64,000 bases of DNA, from positions 35,778 to 99,777 of the forward strand of contig JBEGPG010000074.1 in NCBI GenBank assembly GCA_041181585.1, in the 5' to 3' direction. The translations under genes and the position numbers were made by a program. The notes under the pieces are model-generated. The model made no database searches, was not told the DNA's origin, and saw only the letters and a program-made list of their open reading frames with translations. The first letter of the stretch is position 1; each line of letters opens with the position of its first letter. Below, piece by piece: positions 23,006 to 33,696 of this stretch. Origin of the DNA: Actinomycetota bacterium (GTDB lineage Bacteria; Actinomycetota; Actinomycetes; Actinomycetales; Microbacteriaceae).

Positions 23006-24600
23006 TGTCCCTACACGTGAGCACCAATGGCGCAACTAAGAAGGCTGTTGAATCTGTAATTGACGAGCTAGTTAAAGACAAAGTCGCATCTCGTATCGCA
23101 AGTAAAGACTTCACTCTCTGGGGTAAGGCGGCAGAGGCAGAAAGTTCCATTCGCCTTGGCTGGGTAACCTCAGCCAGCGACTCACAGGCACTCGTTGACG
23201 GCATCCTGAAACTTCGCAAGGAATTCCTAGCCCAGGGCGTAGACCGATTCGTACTCTGCGGCATGGGAGGTTCTTCGCTTGCACCTGAAGTGATCACCAA
23301 AACGGCCGGCGTGCAGTTGGTTGTTCTCGACTCCACTAACCCAGAACAGGTAGCTCAGGCTCTTTCCATCGACATCGAGAAGACCGCGGTAATCGTGTCT
23401 TCGAAATCTGGCTCAACTGTGGAAACGGACTCACAGAAGCGACTCTTTGAAAAGGCATTCTTGGACGCCGGAATTGACAAGACCACTCGAATCGTCATTG
23501 TTACCGATCCCGGTAGCCCGATGGAACAAGCCGCAGAAGCAGATGGCTACCGCATTTTCAACGCCGACGCTACCGTAGGCGGACGCTACTCGGCACTGAC
23601 CGCTTTCGGTTTGGTGCCTAGTGGTCTTGCCGGTGCTGATATTCAAAGCCTGCTTGACGGCGCACAAGTAGCTGCCTCGTCTCTAGCCAAAGATTCTGCT
23701 AGTAATCCTGGGTTACAGCTCGGCGCTGTGCTGGCAAACACATTCTTGGGTACCAAGCCGGCTGACAAAGTTGGAATCGTTGAGGGTAAAACTTCAATCC
23801 AGGGCTTCGGCGACTGGGCCGAGCAGTTGATTGCAGAATCAACTGGTAAGGACTCGCTAGGAGTCCTGCCGGTGGTGTTGGAGTCAAGTGCTCCTGAGCT
23901 CACTTCCTTACCGAATGATCTAGTGATCGCGAGGATTTATGACACGGCAACTGTGGCGGAAGTCAACGAGGTTGCAGTGGCTGGCTCCTTGGGCGAGCAG
24001 TTCATGTTGTGGGAGTACGCAACCGTTGTTGCCTCGAGAATCATTGGAATCAATCCTTTTGATCAGCCGGATGTTGAGTCGGCCAAAATAGCCGCTCGTG
24101 GAATGCTTGAAAATCGCGCTGAAGCAACTCCAGCCGCAGCCACTGTTGATGGTGTGGAAATTCGACAGCGAGGCATTTCTGATTTCAACGGTGGTTCCAT
24201 TGAAACTGCGATTACCTCGCTTTTGGCCACTCTTGATGAAGATGGCTACGTTTCGGTGCACGCTTACATCGATCGTGAAAACAACAGTGAACTATCGAAG
24301 GTACGCGAACTATTGGCTGCGAGGTCGCAGCGACCAACAACATTTGGTTGGGCACCTCGTTTCTTGCATTCAACAGGTCAGTATCACAAGGGCGGCCCTG
24401 CACAGGGCGTTTATCTGCAGATTGTGTCCAAGCCGAGTGCTGACCTTCCAGTGCCCGGTCGTGATTTCACTCTTGGCGAATTGATTGCATCTCAAGCTGC
24501 CGGTGACGCCTCGGTACTTGCTGAGCATGGTCGTCCAGTCTTGACTTTGACGATCAGTGATGTCAAAAAGGACATCCAGACCATCCTTTCGAAGATTTAG
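23005..24600 (+). CDS. pgi: glucose-6-phosphate isomerase (actinobacterial tal-linked type)
   Basis: GMGGSSL, SKSGSTVET, VGGRYSAL, QLIAESTGK, NPFDQPDVE.AK, HSTGQYHKGG. Confidence 0.92.
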   Translation: MSLHVSTNGATKKAVESVIDELVKDKVASRIASKDFTLWGKAAEAESSIRLGWVTSASDSQALVDGILKLRKEFLAQGVDRFVLCGMGGSSLAPEVITKTAGVQLVVLDSTNPEQVAQALSIDIEKTAVIVSSKSGSTVETDSQKRLFEKAFLDAGIDKTTRIVIVTDPGSPMEQAAEADGYRIFNADATVGGRYSALTAFGLVPSGLAGADIQSLLDGAQVAASSLAKDSASNPGLQLGAVLANTFLGTKPADKVGIVEGKTSIQGFGDWAEQLIAESTGKDSLGVLPVVLESSAPELTSLPNDLVIARIYDTATVAEVNEVAVAGSLGEQFMLWEYATVVASRIIGINPFDQPDVESAKIAARGMLENRAEATPAAATVDGVEIRQRGISDFNGGSIETAITSLLATLDEDGYVSVHAYIDRENNSELSKVRELLAARSQRPTTFGWAPRFLHSTGQYHKGGPAQGVYLQIVSKPSADLPVPGRDFTLGELIASQAAGDASVLAEHGRPVLTLTISDVKKDIQTILSKI

Positions 24601-24609
24601 GCAAGGTAC

Positions 24610-26151
24610 ATGAGTCCCGCAAAACTCGCCCCAGGAGTAAATCCCCTTCGCGATCCTGACGATCGTCGACTCAATCGCATTGCCGGTCCGAGCTCGCTGG
24701 TTATATTCGGCGTAACTGGTGATCTTTCTCGTAAGAAGTTGATGCCGGCAGTCTATGACTTGGCTAACCGCGGCCTTTTGCCACCTGGCTTCGCATTGGT
24801 CGGTTTTGCGCGACGTGAATGGGCGAATGAAGACTTCGCCCAAGAGGTTCATGACTCGGTGAAAGAGTACGCACGTACCGAGTTCCGTGAAGAGGTCTGG
24901 CAACAACTCTCCGAAGGCATTCGCTTTGTCCAGGGTGACTTCGACGATGACTCCGCTTTTGATCGCCTAAAGGAGACCATCGAGGAGCTCGATACCAAAC
25001 GAGGAACCAATGGCAACCACGCGTTCTACCTTTCGATTCCACCAAAGGCATTCCCACTTGTATGTCGCCAGCTGAGTCGCAGCGGACTCGCCGACCCTAA
25101 GCAGGACGAATTCCGTCGCGTGGTCATCGAGAAACCATTTGGACACGATCTCCAATCAGCCCGAGAATTGAACGAAGTAGTCGAGGCGGTTTTCCCTGCT
25201 GACTCAATTTTCCGAATAGACCACTACCTCGGTAAGGAAACTGTTCAGAACATCCTCGCACTTCGTTTCGCTAATCAGTTATTCGAGCCGCTTTGGAATG
25301 CCAACTACATCGATCACGTGCAGATCACCATGGCTGAAGACATCGGAGTAGGTGGCCGCGCGGGCTACTATGACGGTATCGGTGCGGCTCGCGACGTGAT
25401 TCAGAATCACCTACTGCAGTTGCTGGCGCTAACAGCAATGGAAGAACCTGTCTCTTTTGATGCCAGCGACCTTCGCAATGAAAAGGAAAAAGTGCTGGCG
25501 GCAGTTCGCCTACCTAAGGATCTCGGTAAGCACACCGCACGCGGTCAATACTCTGGAGGCTGGCAAGGCGGTGAGGAAGTCAAGGGATTCCTCGACGAGG
25601 ACGGAATGAATCCGGAGTCGGTAACAGAGACTTATGCTGCAATGCGACTAGACATTAACACCCGCCGATGGGCTGGAGTTCCATTTTACCTAAGGGCCGG
25701 TAAACGTCTTGGGCGCCGCGTTACCGAGATTGCTGTTGTATTCAAGCGAGCGCCACACCAGCTTTTCGCTGCTGACCAGACATCGGAATTGGGTCAAAAC
25801 GCTTTGGTCATTCGAGTGCAGCCGGACGAAGGTGTAACCATCCGATTCGGTTCTAAGGTTCCTGGTGTAGGTATGCAGGTTCGTGACGTGACCATGGACT
25901 TTGGTTATGGTCATGCCTTCACCGAGGCAAGCCCAGAAGCTTATGAACGACTCATTCTCGACGTATTGCTTGGCGACCCACCTCTATTCCCACGCCATGA
26001 GGAGGTCGAACTCTCCTGGAAGATTCTCGATCCAATCGAGGAATATTGGGATAAGCAGGGGCAACCCGAGCAATACCGTCCAGGAACTTGGGGTCCCGCT
26101 TCGGCAGATCGCATGATGGAACAAGACGGAAGGGCGTGGCGACGTCCATGA
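24610..26151 (+). CDS. zwf: glucose-6-phosphate dehydrogenase
   Basis: GVTGDLSRKK, EKPFG, RIDHYLGKE, RDVIQNH. Confidence 0.97.
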   Translation: MSPAKLAPGVNPLRDPDDRRLNRIAGPSSLVIFGVTGDLSRKKLMPAVYDLANRGLLPPGFALVGFARREWANEDFAQEVHDSVKEYARTEFREEVWQQLSEGIRFVQGDFDDDSAFDRLKETIEELDTKRGTNGNHAFYLSIPPKAFPLVCRQLSRSGLADPKQDEFRRVVIEKPFGHDLQSARELNEVVEAVFPADSIFRIDHYLGKETVQNILALRFANQLFEPLWNANYIDHVQITMAEDIGVGGRAGYYDGIGAARDVIQNHLLQLLALTAMEEPVSFDASDLRNEKEKVLAAVRLPKDLGKHTARGQYSGGWQGGEEVKGFLDEDGMNPESVTETYAAMRLDINTRRWAGVPFYLRAGKRLGRRVTEIAVVFKRAPHQLFAADQTSELGQNALVIRVQPDEGVTIRFGSKVPGVGMQVRDVTMDFGYGHAFTEASPEAYERLILDVLLGDPPLFPRHEEVELSWKILDPIEEYWDKQGQPEQYRPGTWGPASADRMMEQDGRAWRRP

Positions 26152-27071
26152 TCGTTGAACTTAATGACACAACCATCAGTAAGGTTTCGAAAGCGCTGGT
26201 TCAGATTCGTGAACAAGGCGGCGCCGTAGCCTTAGGGCGAGTGCTGACATTGGTAATTCAGACAGACCTAAGCGGTCTTGAGCCTGCCATCAAGTCGGCT
26301 AATGAATCCTCTAGAGAGCACCCATGTCGCATCATCGTGCTCGCCGAAGGGCCCAAAGACAAGGCGGGTAAGGCCAAACTCGATGCGGAGATTCGAGTAG
26401 GCGGCGATGCTGGTGCCTCTGAGGTAATCGTTCTAAAGGCTCATGGTGAGGCTGCAAGTGATCCAGAGTTACTCGTGACCGGTTTGCTGCTTCCAGATGC
26501 TCCTGTAGTCGCCTGGTGGCCTACCGCAACACCTAAGTCACTGGCAGATTCTCCAATTGGCCGCATTGCGACGAGGCGTATTTCGGATGCTTCTCAACAG
26601 GGCGACCCACACGAGTTCCTTCGCCAGTTGGCCGCGAACTACCGCCCAGGTGACAGCGACTTTGCTTGGACACGCATTACTCTTTGGCGAGCCCAATTGG
26701 CCGCCATTCTAGATCAGCCACCATATGACTCGGTTGCTGCCATTGAAGTTACCGGCGCACCCGACTCCCCTAGTACCGATCTACTCGCAGCCTGGCTCAG
26801 TCTCAAGCTGAAGGTGGAAGTCACAATCACTCGTGAAGCGCGTGGACACTCTGTCAGTGGGATCAAGGGAGTCAAGTTGATCCGCAAGTCAGGTGACATA
26901 GAAATAGTTCGACGTGTTCCAGACGTGGCTACCTTGATTCAGCCGACGCAACCAACGCGAGAGATCTCACTACCTCGTCGTAGTGATCGCGACTGTCTGA
27001 GCGAAGATCTCCGTCGTCTCGACCCGGACGAGCTGTTCGGCAAGGTCATCAAATGGTACGCCCAGTCGTAA
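26148..27071 (+). CDS. opcA: G6PDH assembly protein OpcA
   Basis: GRVLTLVI, SREHPCRII, LLLPDAPVVAWWP, D.AWTRITLWR; ATG at 26148 overlaps the zwf stop. Confidence 0.92.
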   Translation: MIVELNDTTISKVSKALVQIREQGGAVALGRVLTLVIQTDLSGLEPAIKSANESSREHPCRIIVLAEGPKDKAGKAKLDAEIRVGGDAGASEVIVLKAHGEAASDPELLVTGLLLPDAPVVAWWPTATPKSLADSPIGRIATRRISDASQQGDPHEFLRQLAANYRPGDSDFAWTRITLWRAQLAAILDQPPYDSVAAIEVTGAPDSPSTDLLAAWLSLKLKVEVTITREARGHSVSGIKGVKLIRKSGDIEIVRRVPDVATLIQPTQPTREISLPRRSDRDCLSEDLRRLDPDELFGKVIKWYAQS

Positions 27072-27772
27072 ATCGACTACCAAGCGCTCAAGTGGTCGCG
27101 GATGAGGTGGCCAAGGACCTGTTTGAGCACGTCCGTCGGCTACTGAGTAACCAAGCGGTTGTACACATTGCGCTTACCGGTGGCACGGTTGGCATCGCCT
27201 CACTCGCTGCCTGTCGAAACTATGACTTCGAGAACCTTGATCTAAACCGCTTGCACATCTGGTGGGGTGACGAACGTTTCGTCTCTGTTGACAGCCTCGA
27301 CCGTAATGCGGTTCAAGCAAGAAATTCTTGGCTAAAACACATTGCATTGCCTGCCGCCAACATTCATGAGTTCCCAGCGTCTGAAGACATGGTGCTCGAG
27401 CAAGCAGCTTTTATCTTCAACGAGTACTTCGAAAATGCTGCTGTCACATTCGATGTGATGTTAATGGGAATGGGTCCTGATGGACACGTGGCAAGCATTT
27501 TCCCCGGCAAGAAGGCTGGAGACTCAACTGCTAGTGTGGAGGCCGAACCTGATTCACCTAAGCCGCCACCGCAGCGTCTCACATTCACCTATAAGGTAAT
27601 CAATAGCGCCAAGCAAATTTGGTTTACCGTTGCTGGAGCTGACAAAGCAGAAGCCGTCGCTTCGGTGTTTGAGGATGATGCCTGCGAGTTACCAGCAGCT
27701 CAAATTGCGGGTAAAGAAAAGACGGTCTGGTACATAGACCAGACCGCCGCAAGTGGAATCTTTAGCTGCTAA
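27053..27772 (+). CDS. pgl: 6-phosphogluconolactonase
   Basis: LTGGTVG, WWGDERFV, GMGPDGHVASIFP, SPKPPPQRLT. Confidence 0.94.
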   Translation: MVRPVVNRLPSAQVVADEVAKDLFEHVRRLLSNQAVVHIALTGGTVGIASLAACRNYDFENLDLNRLHIWWGDERFVSVDSLDRNAVQARNSWLKHIALPAANIHEFPASEDMVLEQAAFIFNEYFENAAVTFDVMLMGMGPDGHVASIFPGKKAGDSTASVEAEPDSPKPPPQRLTFTYKVINSAKQIWFTVAGADKAEAVASVFEDDACELPAAQIAGKEKTVWYIDQTAASGIFSC

Positions 27773-28017
27773 GCGGTAGCAAATCGTGCGATTAGTCCAA
27801 GACCGACAATAAGCACAACCCAGACCACACCGAGAATGATGGTGATTCGGTTTAGGTTACGCTCAGCAACACCAGACGACTGCATGGTGCTGGTAACGCC
27901 ACCACCGAACATGTCAGATAGACCGCCACCACGACCCTTATGCAAAAGGATCAAAAGCGTCAGCAAAAGGCTGATGATAGAGAGAAGCACCATTAGTGCA
28001 ATCTTGATAGCGTCCAC
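27769..28017 (-). CDS. secG: preprotein translocase subunit SecG
   Basis: ILLHKGRGGGLSDMFGGG...AERNLNRIT. Confidence 0.95.
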   Translation of the reverse strand: MDAIKIALMVLLSIISLLLTLLILLHKGRGGGLSDMFGGGVTSTMQSSGVAERNLNRITIILGVVWVVLIVGLGLIARFATA

Positions 28018-28040
28018 GGGAAACTCCTAAGCGTCAGATT

Positions 28041-28823
28041 CTATATTGCCAGATGGCTCTGGAAACGTGCGATTCCGGCAAATTCTTCGGCGTCGAGGCT
28101 CGCGCCACCAACTAGAACTCCGTCTACCTCTGGAGAGCGCAAGAAGCCGGCTACGTTAGCTGCCTTCACCGAGCCGCCGTAAAGAATACGCACCTTATCG
28201 GCTACCTCTCCGTGAGCCTCGCGGATCGCATCGCGTATCTTTCCACAAACGCTTGCCGCCTGCTCCGGCGTAGCAACCTGACCAGTTCCAATGGCCCACA
28301 CTGGCTCATACGCAATAACGAATTCGCCTAGGGTCTCGTGACCTGCCAGCGCTGCCAAAGTTTGGCGTACCGGTACTGCTGCCGCACCTTCTGCCTCAAG
28401 CTCCTCAAGTGTCTCACCAACGCAGATAACTGGAACCAAGCCGTGCTTGAATGCTGCTGCAGTCTTGCTTCGCACAACGCTGTCGTCCTCTGAGTGATAC
28501 TGACGGCGCTCCGAATGTCCAATAAGAACGTATTGAACGTCCAGTTTCTTTAGTGCAACTCCGGAAATTTCACCGGTGAATGCACCCGATTCATGAGCCG
28601 AGAGATCCTGAGCCCCTAACTTGATCTCGAACTGGTCGGCGTCAATTAGGGTTTGTACCGAGCGAAGCGAGGTAAACCCAGGAAATACAGCAACCTCTGC
28701 CTTTGAGTAGTCAAAGTTTGCGTCCTTCAGGGTCCAGGCTAACTTCTGAACCAGGGCAATGCCTTGCTGGTGGTCCAGATTCATTTTCCAGTTGCCAGCG
28801 ATGAATGGAATGCGATTAGTCAT
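28041..28823 (-). CDS. tpiA: triosephosphate isomerase
   Basis: [35 protein letters not shown]. Confidence 0.97.
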   Translation of the reverse strand: MTNRIPFIAGNWKMNLDHQQGIALVQKLAWTLKDANFDYSKAEVAVFPGFTSLRSVQTLIDADQFEIKLGAQDLSAHESGAFTGEISGVALKKLDVQYVLIGHSERRQYHSEDDSVVRSKTAAAFKHGLVPVICVGETLEELEAEGAAAVPVRQTLAALAGHETLGEFVIAYEPVWAIGTGQVATPEQAASVCGKIRDAIREAHGEVADKVRILYGGSVKAANVAGFLRSPEVDGVLVGGASLDAEEFAGIARFQSHLAI

Positions 28824-30021
28824 TTAGAACCTCCAGTCCAGGTAGGGCCTTACCCTCCAGATACTCAAGACTCGCACCGCCACCGGTGGAGATGTGCCCG
28901 AACTGTGAATCCTCGAAGCCCAGGATGCGAACTGCTGCAGCAGAATCGCCACCGCCTACTACCGAAAGGCCTTCGACTTGAGTAAGTGCTTGAGCAACGG
29001 CACGAGTACCGTTTGCAAAGGCATCGATTTCAAAAACACCCATTGGGCCATTCCAGAAAACCGTCTTTGACGCGGCAATCACTTTTGCGAAATTTGCAGC
29101 CGAATCAGGGCCGATGTCCAGCCCGAGTCCGGTTGCGCCAAATGGTGAACTCTCAATGGCGTCTGCTGTGGTGATTGCAACATCTGCATCCGCACCAAAT
29201 TTACTTGCAACCACGATGTCAGACGGAAGAATGATTTCAACGCCGAGTTCCTTGGCGCGAGCAAGGTAGCCGTTTACCGCAGGAATCTGGTCTACCTCAA
29301 GTAGCGAAGAAGCAACCTTATGGCCAAGAGCCGCTAGGAAGGTGAAGACCATTCCACCACCGATCAGAAGCTTATCTACCGAAGGCAGAAGGTGGTCGAT
29401 TACGCCTAGCTTGTCGGAAACTTTAGAGCCGCCAAGAACCACCGCATATGGTCGTTCTGGGTGCGAGGTAAGACGCTTCATGACGTCCAGTTCCTTTTCA
29501 ACCAGAAAACCAGCGTATGAAGGCAGTGCCTGTGCCAACTCATACACCGAAGCCTGCTTGCGATGAACAACGCCAAAACCATCAGAAACGAAAATGTCAC
29601 CGAAAGCGGCTAGCTTCGCTGCGAATTCCTTGCGTACAGCCTCGTCCTTTGAGGTCTCCTCAGGGTTGAATCGCAGATTCTCGAGAACCACTACCCCACC
29701 CTTATCGAGGACCTTGAGCGCGGCTTCGGCTTGAATTCCAACAGTGTCTGCTGCAAACAGTACCGGCTGCCCTAGTAGCTCGCTTAGACGGTCCGCTGCC
29801 GGTTCTAGAGAGTATTTGTCGTCAGGTGCACCCTCTGGGCGACCAAGGTGAGAGATAACAATCACCCTGGCGCCTTGCTCAACTAGGTACTTGATGGTTG
29901 GTACCGATGCCACGATACGACCGTCGTCGGTAATTCGCTTACCGTCCAAAGGAACGTTCAGGTCGCAACGGATTACGACCCGTTTGCCCTCGAGGGAGCC
30001 GAGCTCAGAGAGTTTGCGCAC
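28816..30021 (-). CDS. pgk: phosphoglycerate kinase
   Basis: [45 protein letters not shown]. Confidence 0.97.
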   Translation of the reverse strand: MRKLSELGSLEGKRVVIRCDLNVPLDGKRITDDGRIVASVPTIKYLVEQGARVIVISHLGRPEGAPDDKYSLEPAADRLSELLGQPVLFAADTVGIQAEAALKVLDKGGVVVLENLRFNPEETSKDEAVRKEFAAKLAAFGDIFVSDGFGVVHRKQASVYELAQALPSYAGFLVEKELDVMKRLTSHPERPYAVVLGGSKVSDKLGVIDHLLPSVDKLLIGGGMVFTFLAALGHKVASSLLEVDQIPAVNGYLARAKELGVEIILPSDIVVASKFGADADVAITTADAIESSPFGATGLGLDIGPDSAANFAKVIAASKTVFWNGPMGVFEIDAFANGTRAVAQALTQVEGLSVVGGGDSAAAVRILGFEDSQFGHISTGGGASLEYLEGKALPGLEVLND

Positions 30022-30040
30022 TTGAATATTGACTAACTGC

Positions 30041-31099
<1,059 letters not shown>

Positions 31100-31149
31100 T
31101 TACAAATATCGGACTTTGCCACGCGCCATTGGGAGCAAAAAGTCTGTAC

Positions 31150-31773
31150 TTAGCCTAACAAAAGTCCCTTGGTTTTTGTGCGAGCTGAATCGAATCGAGT
31201 AGCAATGTCTGCCCAGTTCACAATGTTCCAAAACGCCTTCACGTAGTCGCCCTTAACGTTTTGATAGTCAAGGTAGAAGGCGTGCTCCCACATGTCGAGC
31301 ATGAGAAGTGGGACACTCGCAGTGGCAACGTTTGACTGCTGGTCATAAAGCTGCTCAATGATGAGCTTCTCGCCTACCGAATCCCAAGCCAAGAACGCCC
31401 AGCCACTGCCCTGAATACCCATCGCGGCGGCGTTGAAATGGCCCTGGAAAGCCTCGAAAGAGCCAAAGAACTCATCGATTGCAGATGCTAATTCACCCTC
31501 TGGACGATCGCTGTTTACAGGTGCAAGGTTCTTCCAGAATATCGAGTGGTTGATGTGGCCAGATAGGTGGAACGCAAGGTCCTTCTGCAGCTTGTTGATG
31601 TTACCGAAGTTGTTGTTGGCTCGAGCCTCTTCCAGCTGCTCAAGGGCTGCGTTGATACCTGCAACGTATGCAGCATGGTGCTTCGAGTGGTGCAACTCCA
31701 TAATGCGTGCCGAAATGCTCGGTTCAAGCGCTGCGTAGTCGTAGTCGAGTTCTGGGAGGGTGTACTTGTTCAT
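31150..31773 (-). CDS. sodA: Mn/Fe superoxide dismutase
   Basis: HHSKHH, GHINHSIFW, QGSGW, DMWEHAFY. Confidence 0.95.
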   Translation of the reverse strand: MNKYTLPELDYDYAALEPSISARIMELHHSKHHAAYVAGINAALEQLEEARANNNFGNINKLQKDLAFHLSGHINHSIFWKNLAPVNSDRPEGELASAIDEFFGSFEAFQGHFNAAAMGIQGSGWAFLAWDSVGEKLIIEQLYDQQSNVATASVPLLMLDMWEHAFYLDYQNVKGDYVKAFWNIVNWADIATRFDSARTKTKGLLLG

Positions 31774-31783
31774 TTTGCTTTCC

Positions 31784-32764
31784 TTACTCTGCTGGATCGT
31801 CTCCGAGGTATGCCTCGGTGTTTGGAATTCCTAATTCTTCGGCACGCTTGTCAGCCATCGCGAGCAGACGGCGGATGCGGCCTGCTACCGCGTCCTTAGT
31901 CATGGGTGGCGTCGCTAGGTGGCCAAGCTCGTCAAGGGATGCCTGCTTGTGCTGCAGACGCAACTCTCCGGCGTACTTTAGGTGCGCTGGAATGTCTGAC
32001 CCGAGAATCTCCAGTGCACGTGCGACCCTGGCGCCAGCCGCAACTGCCGCCTGAGCTGAACGGCGTAAATTCGCATCGTCAAAATTGGCCAGGCGGTTGG
32101 CAGTGGCACGAACCTCGCGTTTAGCGCGCAGAGAATCCCACTTTTGCTGAATACCAGTTGCACCTACAAGCCCCAATAACTTTGAGATGTCATCACCTTC
32201 ACGAAGTACGACGCGGTGCACCCCTCGCACTTCTCGCGACTTTGCTCCCGAAATACCTAGACGCTTCGCTAGGCCGACCAGCGAGGAGGCGGCCTCGTTA
32301 CTTGGGCAAGTTATTTCCAGCGCCGATGATCGTCCTGGATCGGTGAGTGAACCATGGGCCAATAGTGCCCCTCGCCAGACTGCTGCGGCTACATCTGCCG
32401 AGTCCGAAACGAATCTTGAGTGAATTCCGCGTACGGGCTTACCAGTTGGGTAATACAGACCGGTTTGGCGAACCAATAAGTCAGTTTGTTTAACAACTCG
32501 AAGATTGTGTCGAGAGTGCTTACGTATTCCTGAGGCGTGGAGAATGTCGATGTTGGCATCGATTCCAAAAAGGCCCTTAATTTCGGTCTTCACACGGTTT
32601 GCCAGTTGGGCAGAATCGAACTCCGCCTCGAGAATCATCGTTGCGTTAACAACATGCACGGAGGCAGTGAATCGAAGAACCACGGAGAGTTCGGCCAAGC
32701 GCAGCTCACTCTTACTTGGCTTCAAACGGGAAAGTTCATACTTAAGGTCGGCTGTAAGTGCCAT
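31784..32764 (-). CDS. whiA: DNA-binding protein WhiA
   Basis: [53 protein letters not shown]. Confidence 0.95.
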   Translation of the reverse strand: MALTADLKYELSRLKPSKSELRLAELSVVLRFTASVHVVNATMILEAEFDSAQLANRVKTEIKGLFGIDANIDILHASGIRKHSRHNLRVVKQTDLLVRQTGLYYPTGKPVRGIHSRFVSDSADVAAAVWRGALLAHGSLTDPGRSSALEITCPSNEAASSLVGLAKRLGISGAKSREVRGVHRVVLREGDDISKLLGLVGATGIQQKWDSLRAKREVRATANRLANFDDANLRRSAQAAVAAGARVARALEILGSDIPAHLKYAGELRLQHKQASLDELGHLATPPMTKDAVAGRIRRLLAMADKRAEELGIPNTEAYLGDDPAE

Positions 32765-32766
32765 TG

Positions 32767-33636
32767 CTATTCCCTTCCCAAATCTCGATGCTTCAAAGTT
32801 ACCGAGATATCAGGCCATTCGGCGAGGCTTTTTGCGATTTCCCTGGATACCGCAACCGAGCGATGCTTACCGCCGGTGCACCCAATCGCAATCGTCGCGT
32901 AGCGCTTATTTTCGTTCACATAGCCGCGAAGAACAGGAGCAAGAGCCTTTAGATAGTTATCGATGAATTCGCGAGCACCTTCCGCGGCAAGTACATAGTC
33001 GCTTACAGCCTCGTCCTCGCCCGTGAATGGACGAAGCGCTTCATTCCAGAAAGGATTTGGTAAGAATCGAGCATCGGCAATCAAATCGGCGTCCGATGGA
33101 GTTCCGTACTTGAATCCGAAAGACTCCACTATTACTCTGAGTTTCCCAACCTGATCGAAACTGAAGTGATCAGAAATCACCTTGCTCAACTGGTGAATGT
33201 TGAGATCTGACGAGTCGATGATCAAATCGGCGCTTTCACGGACAGATAAAAGTTGAGCGCGTTCAGAACCAATACCATCAAGGAGTGTTCCGTTTCCTTG
33301 GAGCGGATGTGGACGTCGCACGTTTTCGAAGCGCTTCACCAAAGCTGAATCCGAAGCCTCAAGAAAAACCAAGCGCAAGTTGAGCGATCGTCCTCGTAAC
33401 TGCGCCAGATTATCGAGAAGTTCCGAGAAGAACTCACGTCCGCGAACGTCGATAATCACTGCCAGCTTTGGAAGTGGAGTCTTTGCTAGTGAGAACAGAT
33501 CTGAGATCGGGGCTAACATTTGGGGTGGAAGGTTATCCACAACATACCAACCGAGATCTTCAAGGGCATTACCGACGGTCGATCTACCTGCACCCGACAT
33601 GCCAGTAACCACAACTAGTTCGTGCGAATTGCCCAT
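32767..33636 (-). CDS. rapZ: RapZ/YvcJ P-loop nucleotide-binding protein
   Basis: [37 protein letters not shown]. Confidence 0.95.
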   Translation of the reverse strand: MGNSHELVVVTGMSGAGRSTVGNALEDLGWYVVDNLPPQMLAPISDLFSLAKTPLPKLAVIIDVRGREFFSELLDNLAQLRGRSLNLRLVFLEASDSALVKRFENVRRPHPLQGNGTLLDGIGSERAQLLSVRESADLIIDSSDLNIHQLSKVISDHFSFDQVGKLRVIVESFGFKYGTPSDADLIADARFLPNPFWNEALRPFTGEDEAVSDYVLAAEGAREFIDNYLKALAPVLRGYVNENKRYATIAIGCTGGKHRSVAVSREIAKSLAEWPDISVTLKHRDLGRE

Positions 33637-33654
33637 GGTTCCCTCCTGCCAAGA

Positions 33655-33680
33655 AGTCTATTTGTTCGCGCGACACGCCG
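33655..33680 (-). promoter_or_regulatory. rapZ-whiA promoter with candidate WhiA (GACAC) box
   Basis: - strand reads CGGCGTGTCG-cgcgaacaaa-TAGACT; GACAC lies on the + strand at 33672-33676. Confidence 0.55.
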
Positions 33681-33696
33681 AAGCAAAAATTCGTAA

